Below, piece after piece: positions 46,017 to 58,396 of a stretch of DNA of 58,396 nucleotides. The DNA comes from Enoplolaimus lenunculus (lineage: Eukaryota): NCBI GenBank assembly GCA_030248215.1, contig JASANG010001128.1, positions 372,001 to 430,396 on the forward strand, given 5' to 3'. Both the position numbers and the translations under genes were made by a program. Position 1 is the first letter of the stretch; the number at the start of each line of letters is the position of its first letter. The notes under the pieces are model-generated. The model made no database searches and was not told the origin of the DNA. It saw nothing but the letters and a program-made list of their open reading frames with translations.

Positions 46017-49000
46017 TTAGGCATCTCGTGATTCTCGATCATTAATAATCCATTCTAACGCAGCTTCAACATTACCACCTGTCGCAGTTAGCGCCCGACG
46101 GTTTTCGTTCTCGTCAATGAACCCCATATCGGCCAATTGAGCCAAAGCTTCCGGTGATATTTCAATATGGGCCGGAGGTGACGGATTTCGGGCCGGTCCC
46201 TCGCCTGATCCCATACCTAACGCTTGACTGAGTGCTTCCTGAAAATATTTAAATTTTGAAACAAGAAATTCAAAAAGAAACTGTATATTATTCAACAATC
46301 TCTACAGTGAATAGGCTAAAATATTAAAATTTGTTACAAAACATTCGATATGAAAAAATACGGTTTAGTGTTGCAATTTTGGATTGAATTGAAGTTGCCC
46401 CTTAAGACAATATTAATTAAGGTCTCGGTTTACAGTATCAATTAAAATATCCAATGAATTATTATATAAGGAAAACTGTAATTGATCCGAATTCTGACCG
46501 CTCGATCAATTTTTGGTAATAAAGCAAGAGAGATATTAGCGCTTTAGCCAAACAAATACGTCATCATTCTTCAGATTCCACTAATTCAAATTTCTCGCAC
46601 ATAATAGCATGAATAATATGTATACACCGAGGGAAATCCTACTAACTATCCCTAATTGAAATTGCCAGAAACATTACTTGGTATTAGAAACTAAATATTA
46701 TAATTACACCTTTGTTAGTCTATAGCCTGTAAGTCTAGGTTTCAACCTAGCATTATACCAGGAATCTATTTAGTTTGAATATTGCGTTGTACCTTTGACT
46801 AAATACGTATAAAATTTATGCCCATATTCTCAATACGTGTTCAATACTTGCCACCAGTCGGTAATAAATCGAGAAACGTTTAAACTAATGATGGACTCCT
46901 AAACTATGCACATCATTTGCTTTAAATTTTACGCTGCCAGTAGTGTAAGAATTTCAATTTTTAAGCCCTTGGAATTCGCTTGTGTGAAGACCTATTACAA
47001 ACTGGCGATAGGTCATACACGCATTCCTCAATACCAACACTTACCTGGAACAACGACGCCGTAATAGTTGGCGGTTCTGTGCGGCCTCCACGGCTAGGCT
47101 CCGTATTTGACCTACTGGGTGCTGAATTATCGACCCCTGAGGGAGCATTCGCAGACCCGCCAGCGGATGCAGGCTCACCAGTCGCTGACGCAATTGCATG
47201 TGCCAAATGTTCCACAGTGAACTGGGGCATTACAGGAGCGCTTGAAGGACCTGCCAAATTTCCTCCGTAAGGGCGAATTGTCGAGGGTTCGGCGGCACCC
47301 TGCCGGCTACTACGATAGCCCCCAGTTTGGCTAGCGCCTTCAGTATCGTCCTCATCATCGTCTGTATCCTCGCTACGATCCATAAACATATCGTGAGGCC
47401 CTGGATTTCCAAATAGACCCATCAGCGAGCCAGCAGTACCTCCTGTTGATGCTTGCTGCTTGACAACCTTAAAAACACAAAATTTCATTTAATTTTAAAA
47501 ATGTGCTACAATTACATTTTAAATTCCGGCACTAAGACTTACGTTAACAAAAATATCGCAACCACAATTTACAACTGGTCGTATGCATAAAAATAATTTT
47601 GCAATTAATCGTTCATAAAACCAAGAGTGAGTGATCACGGTTAGCAACGCTATGCAACTGGGTACATTCCGTGCGCAAAACAATGTATCCAGCTCACGTT
47701 GCGTTTTTGCCCAACCCCCACTCAACATGGTGGGTATACATACAGCACAATAAGACTGTCAATGTAAACTGTTGCACTACTGTCAACGCTTTCGAGTTTA
47801 TGTGACTACATTCTGCAACACATATATTTACTGTCGACTTTTGGTATTAAAACCACTACGTAATACACTGTAATGTTACTGATATTTAATTTATAATTTT
47901 GTTATAAATTTTCTCATGTTTTATGTTGTTAATTTCAATATTCCACTTATTCCACTACTGTACCAAAAAATTCTAAGATAAATGTTTTCACTGATTATGC
48001 GCCGTTCACAATGATTTTTGAGTGCCTGACTTCGATTAGTACTACAAGTATTGGGGTTACCTCAAGTGCAAATTTGAAAATGTACACTCGTTAGTCCCAA
48101 CCATATTAACTCTAGTTTCTCCGTTACGCTGATCCTAACGCATGTCACAAAAAATGTTTTGAGACTTCTTATGGCAGTGCTAACAAATCACAGACACTCA
48201 AAACGTCAATAGGAACACAACACAAAAGCGGCGCGTTTGTGTTGTGTCCTATTGTCGTTTTGAGTGTGTGTAACGCGGTGTGTGTCAAAAATTTTCTGGA
48301 ACTCTCAAAAACTTCCCAATTGTCAGTCTCAAGTTCACAGTATCAATTTCGGTCTCAGTCTTTACTTTTCCATTGATAATCCGAAAACTCATCATAATGC
48401 GCATCCAAATAGTGGCATCTTCCCCATTAGAACGACACTGGGGGCTGTATATTAATTTTGCTCAACTCACCTCTTCGTGCAAAATCCCAATCAGTGCTTG
48501 AGTGCCTTCAATCAACGCCGGATGTTCGGCAAGTGTCCGGCTAGCGTTCCGCTCGCTTAGATAATGTGCCAGCAAATAATGATCTTTGAGTACAGCTTGA
48601 GCTACCGGATCTTCCGCTAGTCCGGGTACAGTTCCGGCTGTAATCAAATTGCGTACTGTATCACGACCGGATGCAATACGTCGCAGTAAACTGCGTTGGG
48701 TGTGATCGGAAAACGTTGCTGCAAATGCTTCGACAACAGACTCAATTTGATCTTTTGACACCGGAACTTTCGGTTTGTCGTCTGAAAATAAATCAGATTC
48801 GGATAATCGAAAAATTTCGAATTCCGAACCACCGAAATTCAAAATATAATTAACTTAATTTTAATTGACACCAGAATTTTGCAGTGTGTCACCTGAAAAT
48901 AGAACCGGGTTTTTATTCAATAGATTAGTAGCTTGTTACAAACCCAATTACTTTAACGCCTTACCTTTCGGCTTAACCGCACGCCGGAACACAATTACAG

Positions 49001-49244
49001 TCGAATCATCCTTGATCATAGGATTCGCAAAGGTGAGTGCTTGTTCGCTTCCATCGTTACTTTTCGAATCCAACAAAGGCTTTCCTGCAAATGTCGGTAC
49101 CAGTTCTTCTTCGTTGAAACCGGTTTGCCGTGCCGCTTCTGCCTTGAGTCGTGACACCGTCAGCGTCGCCGTGGACGCTATTTCTGGCGACAGTTTGAGC
49201 GTAGCGCTTCGATCAGAACCACAAAACAATTTCACGGTAACCAT
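46017..49244 (-). CDS. UBL7: Ubiquitin-like protein 7 homolog (UBL-UBA); exons 49244-48965, 48781-48471, 47467-47045, 46238-46017
   Basis: N-terminal UBL domain; central PGLAEDPVAQAVLKD...HPAL; C-terminal UBA LAQLADMGF...RALTATGGNVEAALEWI. Splice phases are consistent. Confidence 0.88.
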
Positions 49245-51632
49245 GTTACGATGAGTTTTAAAATTTAAATTGCGAATAATCTACCCAAAATTTAACACAT
49301 AATACAGCTTGCATTAGTTGAACAACTTGGGCTCACACGTACACTCTGATCATTATGAAGGCGCTGTCATGTAAATATGGCAAATGAAAAAATACTAAAA
49401 TTTCAAATGTAGAGCAATAGCGCCGAACTATAGACCCTAATTTAACAAAAATAACTGCAAATACCCCGTTTTTATGCTCTAAATCACGCATAAATTGCAC
49501 GATTTTTAATTCGATATGCTGCCGTTCCTCGACATGTCTTAAAACAAGACGTACTCATACATAATTTTGTGATCTGAGAACACCCGCAATCTTTTAGATA
49601 ATGGTCGGCAAAAATTTCCACACCGGCAACGGTAGGACGTAAACAGATAGTAAAAATAACGGAAACGGATATTGAAACATAAAAGTTTGGGCCAATGTTA
49701 CTTCTAGGACCGTTAAATAGCAATAGCGCTCGTTAATTGCACTTGTGCGAATTATTCTATACATGGACCAAATACTGCACACCATACTCGACGTATACAA
49801 AGCAAATTTACTAATAAATAGTAAATACATCCAACACATATTATATAGTATATGCTCTTAATATGCAATACACAAGTAGATCAAGCCATAGAATGACACG
49901 CAATTTTGTAATTTGTATTAAACTATCACGCATTTCAAGTTTTTTGGGGCTGACAAACGCTCAATATATTTAAAACACTCTAGAGCCTGTGTTCCGTTGC
50001 GACTATTAAAAATAAACTATAGGACTAGCCAACAAAACACAAAATCTGCTGAATTGGCCAAATTTGGGACCATGTATAGATTAGAATAAACGTATTCCTA
50101 AATCTAAGTTTCAGCGTAAGTTCATGTTTTAGTAAACCTGTCTACTTTGCCTAAACCAGAGAACAGTCCACGTTAACGCTGCACGCCTTCAAAAAGTGCA
50201 ATAGAATTAAAACAATATTAATACACATGCTTTTTTATCACAATATTATATACATAACATTACGGATGTGGGAACGTAAAGCGAGACCAAAACGGTTATT
50301 ATATGCCAGAATACTACATATACACGCAGCTAAACATTTTGGTCAGATTGCACGTCATTTTTTTTGACACAGAAGTCATATTCCGTCAACATGTCACCAA
50401 ACAGTCAGAATTGCTGTTCTATAACTGAGAAGACCTGTCCCCAGCTGGCGATAAATGCCACCAACTTAAAAATAATGTTACACAATGCTAACTGTAACCC
50501 GTCCCTAGATAAATTAACAATCCTAAAACTTAACTGCCAACAAAGATTGACAAAGCATGCGGACAAATTCGGATGTGAATTATCCACGAAACCTAGAAAA
50601 AATTATGTTGCAAAACAAGACAAAATTATGATCAACAGTTCAATTTTAACGGACCGAAAATCAGGCCTTGAAAGCAAATTAAATTATAACACAATTTTAA
50701 AACGTTATCACTAGTTTACAAACCATGCAATATACATAAAATACAGAAATATATACACTTAGCCTACGTCCATTATAACCAGGAGAGCATAATGAACTCT
50801 GTCGACCAGATATATCCAGGGATTTTTTGGGCAAATCCTGGAGGATTTGTCCAGAATAAGTATTTTTGTCATTTAACGCCCTTCCTTATAGGATACATCT
50901 GTTTCTCTGCAAACAACGATATTTTATCTGAAGACTAGCCAGCCTAGTTTTACCCTCACTTTATTTTCGAAACAAAATAGACCAAAAAATTTGCTAGTTT
51001 CGCTCTTAGTCCTCGCATGTGAGTGTAGTAGGATGAAAAGCTTATTTTCATAACGAAATCCAATGCTTTTTGAAATCACTAGCCAGCCAAGTTTCTTTAT
51101 TTTCTACACGAAAGTAAAAAATTTCATGATGCAGTCACAGAATGGTTGCAAGGTCGTTTGTGCATTGCCTATCAAAAACGTTGTTAACTTTTTGCTCCTT
51201 CCTTGAGTGCCATAAAGTACAAAATGTTCATTTTTGCTTACCCAGCAGCCGAAAGATTTAGAAAGCTTTTCGCTGCCCATGTCTCATTTCAATGAGCAAA
51301 ATACAAAAACAATTAACCTAACTCCGCATCCTGTTCATATGATTCACTATGTAAACGGTTTTATATTAGTCTGGACACACGACAGACTCAGAACTGATTT
51401 TAAAAATCCAAGGTTTTTGAACAAACGTTCATTAAAATTAATTTATTTGCTTTTTGCCTATGTCATCGGTCAGACACCATGATCACCGTGCGGCGGCGTA
51501 CGTCATTTTTCATTCGACTGTATACGGTTAGATAGCATACAAAGTCGCAAAATGACGGACAGCGCCGCACGACAAGTAAAGCGCTACCCTAAATGAACTC
51601 TATTGATAACACATGCGAAACATATTATCAAA

Positions 51633-54550
51633 TTAACAGTAGCTGCACCAAGAGTCAGCATCCCCTTGAACTGTCGACCCAACACGTATCGACGATTTGA
51701 CACCGGTTTCCCATAACGTTGGAGTTTGCAAGATCTAAAACATAGATCGACCGCAATAATAAAAATGGCACAAAAACAACATATAAATGGTTGCAATCGG
51801 GTTTCAGATTCCGTAATATTTTCTAGTATCCAGTTCGAGGATCACATATTTAAAAGATGAACTTTCGCGACGAATTTTCAATTTTAAAACCAATAAGCAA
51901 GACGTAACATGAGATAAATCTACAATATTGTAAACAGTTTCCAAAGTCTCGGTCTAAATATTTTGCCAAAAATAGAACATTACAGGTACTTTGCATAACT
52001 CACTTTAGCTTGTATCCGAAGCATACATTATGAAGATATCGTTAAAAAGTTGTCACTAACTGATGAAAAGATGTAAAAAAATTAATCATGGAGATTACAG
52101 TATTATCTTACTTTTTCGACAAGTTCTTCAAAGGCACACTGAATCCCTTCGCGTGTTTTTGCAGAAGCTTCAATGAACAGCATATGATGGCGTTTGGCAA
52201 ATTTTAGACCTTCTTCTCGGTCAACAGTACGACGATCAGGCTGAAAGAACATATAAAAACTCTGAAATTGAGCAACAAAATAAACGCGCATTTTACGCAA
52301 CACAAAAAATACGAAGAAATTGTTTTTCAAAACAAAAATATCAACCTAAATTATTTATGAATAAGTCAACAGGAATAAGTGACAAAAATTACGTAGAAAT
52401 TGTTTTTCACAACAAATATCAACCTAAATTATTTATGAATAAGGCAACAGGAATAAGTGGACTAGGTTAAAAACAGATACCTTGGCGAGACCGAACTACC
52501 TGAGACCGGTCGGCCATGAAAAGTTTCGGTCCCGGTCAATTTTTGGTCATCACCGAAACAAAATTAAATTATTCAAAATAAATTATTTGTAATGCAATGC
52601 TTGTAGCCTCAAAAAACCGAGACCGAGCCATGCCAAATACCGCGATTTGTCGTCACCGGGCTCCCATCCCTGATAGACAGTAAATTTTTAACAAAACAAA
52701 ATTTTGCATACAAAAATTTCTGAAAACCATGAAAAACCTTAATTTCCGTGACATATAAATTTTTGATTGTACGTATACTGCCGTGCTTTGGAAAAAGAAC
52801 GTAACTCCAGAATATGTCATTTTTTAGAAAAAGGCATTGCCGGGACCAAAATCTTACGCTGATTCTCGTGGTGAAATCAATTTTAACGTATCTCCTAGCA
52901 CTTGAGCACAGTAGTAGTATTACTGACAACAAAAAGGACGTAAGATTTATGTAAACCTGTCAGAAAAGCCGTAACTCCTGCGACTGTTGCATGTCACCCA
53001 CCAAGAGTAGACATAGCACTTACCATATCGATTTTGTTGCCAACCAACATTTTCACAACATCAGGAAGCGTTGAGTATGTGTCGAGTTCATTTTGCCAAT
53101 GTTTCAGTTTTTCAAACGACTCTCTTTTTGTCACATCATACACTAAAAATATAGAATCCCTGAATCCAAAATTCCGATAATTACCGCTCGCTGTATATAA
53201 ATAATGAATACGTTTTATTTATTGTACTGCTGCAGCGTTCATTTTTAAAGTATTTTAAGTTTTCTAGAGACATACACTTGTTTTTGACCTAAAAACAGAG
53301 TCCTAAGAAGTCCATGAAAGAGTACATAATAGAGCTACAGGACGCAGTTTTACCTTAATTGTTAAAGTCGAAAAATAGTTTATGATGACAGAAAGATGTG
53401 CTATAAGCTTCACAGTTAATAGCTAAGCCAAGCAACGTTCTAAAAAGTTATTAAATAACATAATACAAAAATAGAACAAATCTGTTGCATCCCTCACCAA
53501 AAATGACACCTTGTGCACCGCGGTAATAGCTTGGTGTTAGCGTTCTGAAGCGTTCCTGGCCAGCTGTATCCCAAATAGCAAGCTTGACCCGATTTCCTTG
53601 GACATTGATCGACTTGACTTTAAAATCGACTCCTATTGTCGCCGCCAGCTCAGGATCGTATTTGTCGTCGACAAATCGCAAGAGAACGCTACAACAATAA
53701 AAAACGGTAGGTTATTAGGGAAAGTATGACACACGGCTTTGGTGGACGGTTTGTCCACAGGCTGAGCGTGGGGGGGGGGGGGAGAAACTTGGGGGCAACA
53801 CAAGAGCGGGACAATACCCGAGTTCAAAAAGGGTGGCAATTTTATCCATTTAATGGCAGTACTTAAACCTGCTTTGTTCATTTTTCGCCATATGGGGTCA
53901 CTCGACACTTTGCCTATACATTAAAAGCTGCACAGCTGTAATCTCAAAAACAACTTTTAGTTGATATGCGGCTATTTTAGTTAACTTTAGTTTTGTTACT
54001 GACACCAGACTACAGCCAAGCAGGTAGACTCAGTAAATGCTTCTATTTTCTCCCTCGTACTTACTAGCATAATTACCAAAACTAAAGTTCTATTACGAGT
54101 CCAGCTTCACAAGGCGATTTAACCAACTTTACTATTAGGGAAAACCGGTCTCGGTTAAAAACGTTGATCTGACTACCGAGACCGGCCTCAAAAAGCTTCG
54201 GTTTCAGCCGATTGTTGGTCATCAAACGAAAAATTAACCTCTAACAATAAATTATTTCTAATGGTTTTATCGTTGTTTTTTGTGTTTTTCATAATTTTCA
54301 GAATAACTGCAAATTTCATCACGCATCACTTACTTCAACAATACTAACTTCTACTATTTACAAGTTTACCACGATTTGCTGAACAATCGAGTTCTGGTCT
54401 CAGTTTCACACCATTGAGATCAGACCTGCCAACACCGAGACGGAGTCTCCTCATCCCTACCTACTATGCTTACCTGGACTTTCCAACACCAGTTTCTCCA
54501 ATAATCAAAATTTTCAAAGTTGTCAAAATATCTTCATCTGAAAAGTTCAT
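51633..54550 (-). CDS. RAB18: Ras-related protein Rab-18 (5 coding exons)
   Basis: [96 protein letters not shown]...WCSYC*. Confidence 0.96.
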
Positions 54551-54716
54551 GACAAGCTTGGTATACTGACAAGATAGTTTAGTATCGAATTATACCGTGA
54601 ACCTATAATTAACTACAAATACAAAGTAAATGCAGAAATGCAGAATTAAACACTGTTACTGCATTGTGAACAATGGCTGAATATTTCTCTACATCTTGTG
54701 TAGTTGTTTTATAGTC

Positions 54717-54717
<1 letters not shown>

Positions 54718-54780
<63 letters not shown>
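54718..54780. repeat. (AT)n microsatellite
   Basis: Seen directly in the sequence. Confidence 0.97.
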
Positions 54781-54783
<3 letters not shown>

Positions 54784-55166
54784 GGTGCAACCGGAATTCC
54801 GGTTCCGGTTCCGGCAATTTTTCACCTTCCGGTTCCGGTAAATTTTTACCGGATTTAAAAATTCCGGTATTATAATTTGGCCGTTTTCTTAACTTTGCTA
54901 ATTTTTAAGAATCTCTTTTGACAGCCACTTGTACTCCGAATATAAGCCATTGATGGTAGATTTCACTTCAGTCGATGATGAAAATCTAAAATACAACAAA
55001 TAAAATAAATACCTATGTTCGACTAAGGTTATTTCACAAATAATAGAGCAAAAAAATAAGATTAAAATGAAATTTTTGGTGAAATGCATTTTTCATTTTC
55101 CGGTTCCGGTAAAATTTTCAAATTCCGGTTCCGGTTCCGGTAAATTGTAATTCCGGTTGCACCCTG
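54781..55166. mobile_element. MITE inserted in an (AT)n tract upstream of the RAB18 start codon
   Basis: Perfect TIR CAGGGTGCAACCGGAATT/AATTCCGGTTGCACCCTG, AT repeats on both flanks, internal TTCCGG repeats. Confidence 0.85.
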
Positions 55167-57714
55167 ATATATATATAGCCATTTTCGTAACTATGGTCCA
55201 TATTTTTTAAATGCATATTACCCCTATCATCAGTTAGCGTTAGGTTTTCAAACTGACGAACACTGCATTTGCAGGTCTCCAAATTGGTATAGAAGTAAGG
55301 CAAATTAATCACGAACAATGTGCTAGTTTTCGAAGCTCACCATGCGCTGGTTTCAAAGTTACAGGACCTATCACCAACTGGTGATAGGTGCTACACACAT
55401 TTGAGAATACGGCCGAGATCACAATTTTATTCAGCTATATATCCGCATGTAATTAGTCGACAAGATGGCAATCATAGAAACGCGGTAGTGTTCCTATATG
55501 TGATTCACGTATCTTGAGTGCATTAAGGACCAAATTCATTTTTTTCTACGTCATTTATCAAAAAACCATAAAAATGTGTTTTATAGTTAGAGCTGGGTTT
55601 GGATTTGTAGTTTTTAAAACATTTATTCGACTAATCTATTTTAATGTATTGAATATCGATAAAATGAAAACAGTTTCAACATGTCCATAAACATTTTCAA
55701 TTTGGTTCATCTAAAATAAACCACTAACTGTGCTAATTTTTATTTTTTAACGAAAAAATAATATTATAACTTTAAACAACTGTTCGGAAACTTCCCGTAC
55801 AACAATGTTTGGCAGTAATAAAATTTTAAATAACTTGTCTCTTATATCAATATTTTATTGTTATGTCGGCAATATTGGACAGAAGTCGTGAAAAAATAAT
55901 TCCTGTTCGCGAAAAAATAACCGGAATATTTGGGAAATTTTAAAATGCAAGTTTTGGATTCGGCAGATTACAATGAATTCGGATTAAGTCAAATCTTGGA
56001 TTTGGTACCACCCTGGTACCATGTATTACAAAGTATTACAACATAGGAGTTTTTCGATCTAGGACTTATAGTTGCAACAATGACGATATTTAGCTCAAAA
56101 CTGAACTTTAATCGCATAGTTTCATGGATATTGTTTTTCCAATTATCACGTTTTTCTTTGCTGGCTTCTCCAAAAGCGAAAATTTTGCCAGGAGCCACGG
56201 ACGTGGGCTCATAGTGGTTTTGATTGAAAGGGACTTCGTTTCACGAAATTCCCCCTAAAAACCAAACTTTAAAACCACTCAGAAATTATTTGTCCAATAT
56301 TATCGCAGATTCATTAATTTTTGAAAAGGATGCGCAATACATGAAAACGAAATCTCGTGAGCGAAGCCAATTGGGCCTCAAATTAAAGTACGTATGCTCT
56401 TTGTAAAAAATATTTCAGTGATACATAAGGTGCAGTAAAAGTAAAATAAATATTGCAACTGAACGCAACACTACAAAAACATAGAATAGTGGAATATGAT
56501 CGTTGTTAACGTCTATGTGTATGATAAAAACGTAGAAACGGTTAAACAATCTAAAACCATAGTCAAATGAGTTTAAATATTCAAATTCAAACCAGGTTAA
56601 GCTGGAAGTAAATTGCTCAACAAATAATAGGTAAACAGAACCTGAATACTGTAAACCAAGGCGTTACCGGATAACGTTTCCAATAGTTTTAACGTTTAAT
56701 AATTTTCCTCCTGTTCACCGTTGTGTTAATCTTACTGCTAAAAGGGTAAGGTTAAGAAACTGACTCAAACCAAATTTAAACTGGTAATTCCGTTCCAACT
56801 AAATGAACAATGAACTGTGTGAAAGTAAGCGCCGGTTTCATAAACATCATCACAGAATAACGCAAAAAGTGTTTAAAAACCTCTTCTATTTTGGTTGATC
56901 AAACTTGCAGTGCTAAACAATTTTAGTATATCATTTTTAAGCGCGGATATATCCACTGCCTGCGGTTAAAAAAGTTAATCTATAAGATACGTGCCTATTT
57001 TTCTCTCTGCTTCGAAGAAAAACTATAATATTTCAACTTTCTGAAACGATTCACATCATGCGTCATCCTTTTTGTTTAAACTATGTAGAGGGATCAAACT
57101 AGAAAAAGTGCCCAGTTTGGGCAAAAGTCATATGATCCGCATACCCTGAACTCGCTTTTAAAATATGAAAACTAGAGGTTTTAACAATTGCTTCTTTTGT
57201 TACTCTTTACCGTTGGTCTAGTCAACCAGATTGCCATTGCCTCTGAAGCATATTGTGGTGGTTCTGTAACAAAATGGATCGGAAGTGCATTAAAAGCGTT
57301 AAAAAATGAATAGAAACTTTTACCGAAACTGAAATTTTGGCTATTTCACGGCAAATACTACGCAATATTAATTTCGACGCACACAAAAAGATTGTGTGTA
57401 ATTTCAAATCTTTCGTCATTTTAATAGTTTCCGCATGAGATAAAGGAAGAATGGTTACTAAACTGATAAAAGAAACACTAGAACGTCTAAAGTAGAGATG
57501 TGTCGATACCGAAAATTTTGCCTGTGCCCAAACCAAAATTTTTGTTTTTGTCGATACCGACATTTATTTTTAAAGGTTGCCGAACCACTTGTCTCCATGC
57601 ATCCGCATGTCTTATCCCCTGGTTTTTCTACAAAGTCGTCCATTGACCGCCAACTTATGTATTTTTAGATATACCGCGGCAGTTTGCCACTGCGGTACCA
57701 CGGTTTTAGTTCTG

Positions 57715-57790
57715 AGCGCTCAGCCAGCCGATGATCGAACTCGGTCGGCAGATTGTCAGTCCAGCGCGCTAGCCACTGAGCTATGCCACC
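57715..57790 (-). mobile_element. tRNA-derived SINE-like fragment
   Basis: Minus strand TAGCTCAGTGG...GTTCGATCA, a degenerate cloverleaf. Confidence 0.45.
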
Positions 57791-58396
57791 TTACAATCAG
57801 CAGCTGAGTTTTTCCGTTTTCATGTCTTATAAGAACGTCAACATTATACACATATACTTTGGCTCTTCCATGTTTTTACTGCTGCAGTGCTGATGAATAT
57901 GAAGGCACTACATATGCAGCAGTGATTTACCGATGTACAGCATCAGCATGAGGCTACTTGTCTCCATGCATCCGCATGTCACAAATACCAATGTTACTAC
58001 GGCTTGTCGCATTGCATTTTTGGATTAAACCACGCAGCGTCAGCAAAGGACAATGTTGATGAGTTAGATGAAACTTTTAAAATATATCTGTATCGGGAAT
58101 TTTTTTGCAGCGCCGATGCCGAAAACTCACGAAAAAGACCGATTATTATACCGATACCGATTGCACATACGCTGCATTATGCTTCAGATTCAACGGTAAT
58201 AACCTTTTCGATACATGCGTAGTTTACTTACGTGTCATTTATCTCATCACAAAATCAGGCCTCCGTGTTGCACAGCCTGCCTTAAGTCAAAGCTATCAAA
58301 CTTATGTTTAAACTTTAAGTCATGACTCTGCAACCCGGTCTCTGGCTATTGTTTCCCTAATGGTTATTGTCGGGTGGGGCCCCAGTGTGCACTCTG

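Overview
AT-rich, intron-containing animal genomic DNA. Abundant TTAGGC repeats are compatible with a nematode, but the host cannot be proven. The centrepiece (~19.85-33.4 kb) is an endogenous Polinton/Maverick (adintovirus-like) element. Its core genes are a protein-primed PolB on the minus strand (N-terminal C2H2 fingers, VSR-type insert, at least one spliceosomal intron, truncated), a retroviral-type integrase with chromodomain, a very short penton, a double-jelly-roll major capsid protein and an A32-type packaging ATPase. Its cargo is unusual: a divergent TATA-binding protein, a NADAR hydrolase, a YqaJ nuclease, a toxin-like putative RNase and a CARD-like protein; no adenain protease is visible. 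Most frameshifts in the element are short homopolymer contractions. Its left end is fused to one arm of a foldback-type transposon, a complete copy of which (perfect 8-bp TSD) lies at 6715-9350. Host genes are a glycine-zipper protein, a C7orf25/UPF0415 homolog (its C-terminus rewritten by a MITE), an unknown multi-exon gene, a secreted orphan, UBL7 and RAB18. MITEs, tRNA-derived repeats and microsatellites fill the rest. All protein calls rest on motif recognition by eye, not database searches.
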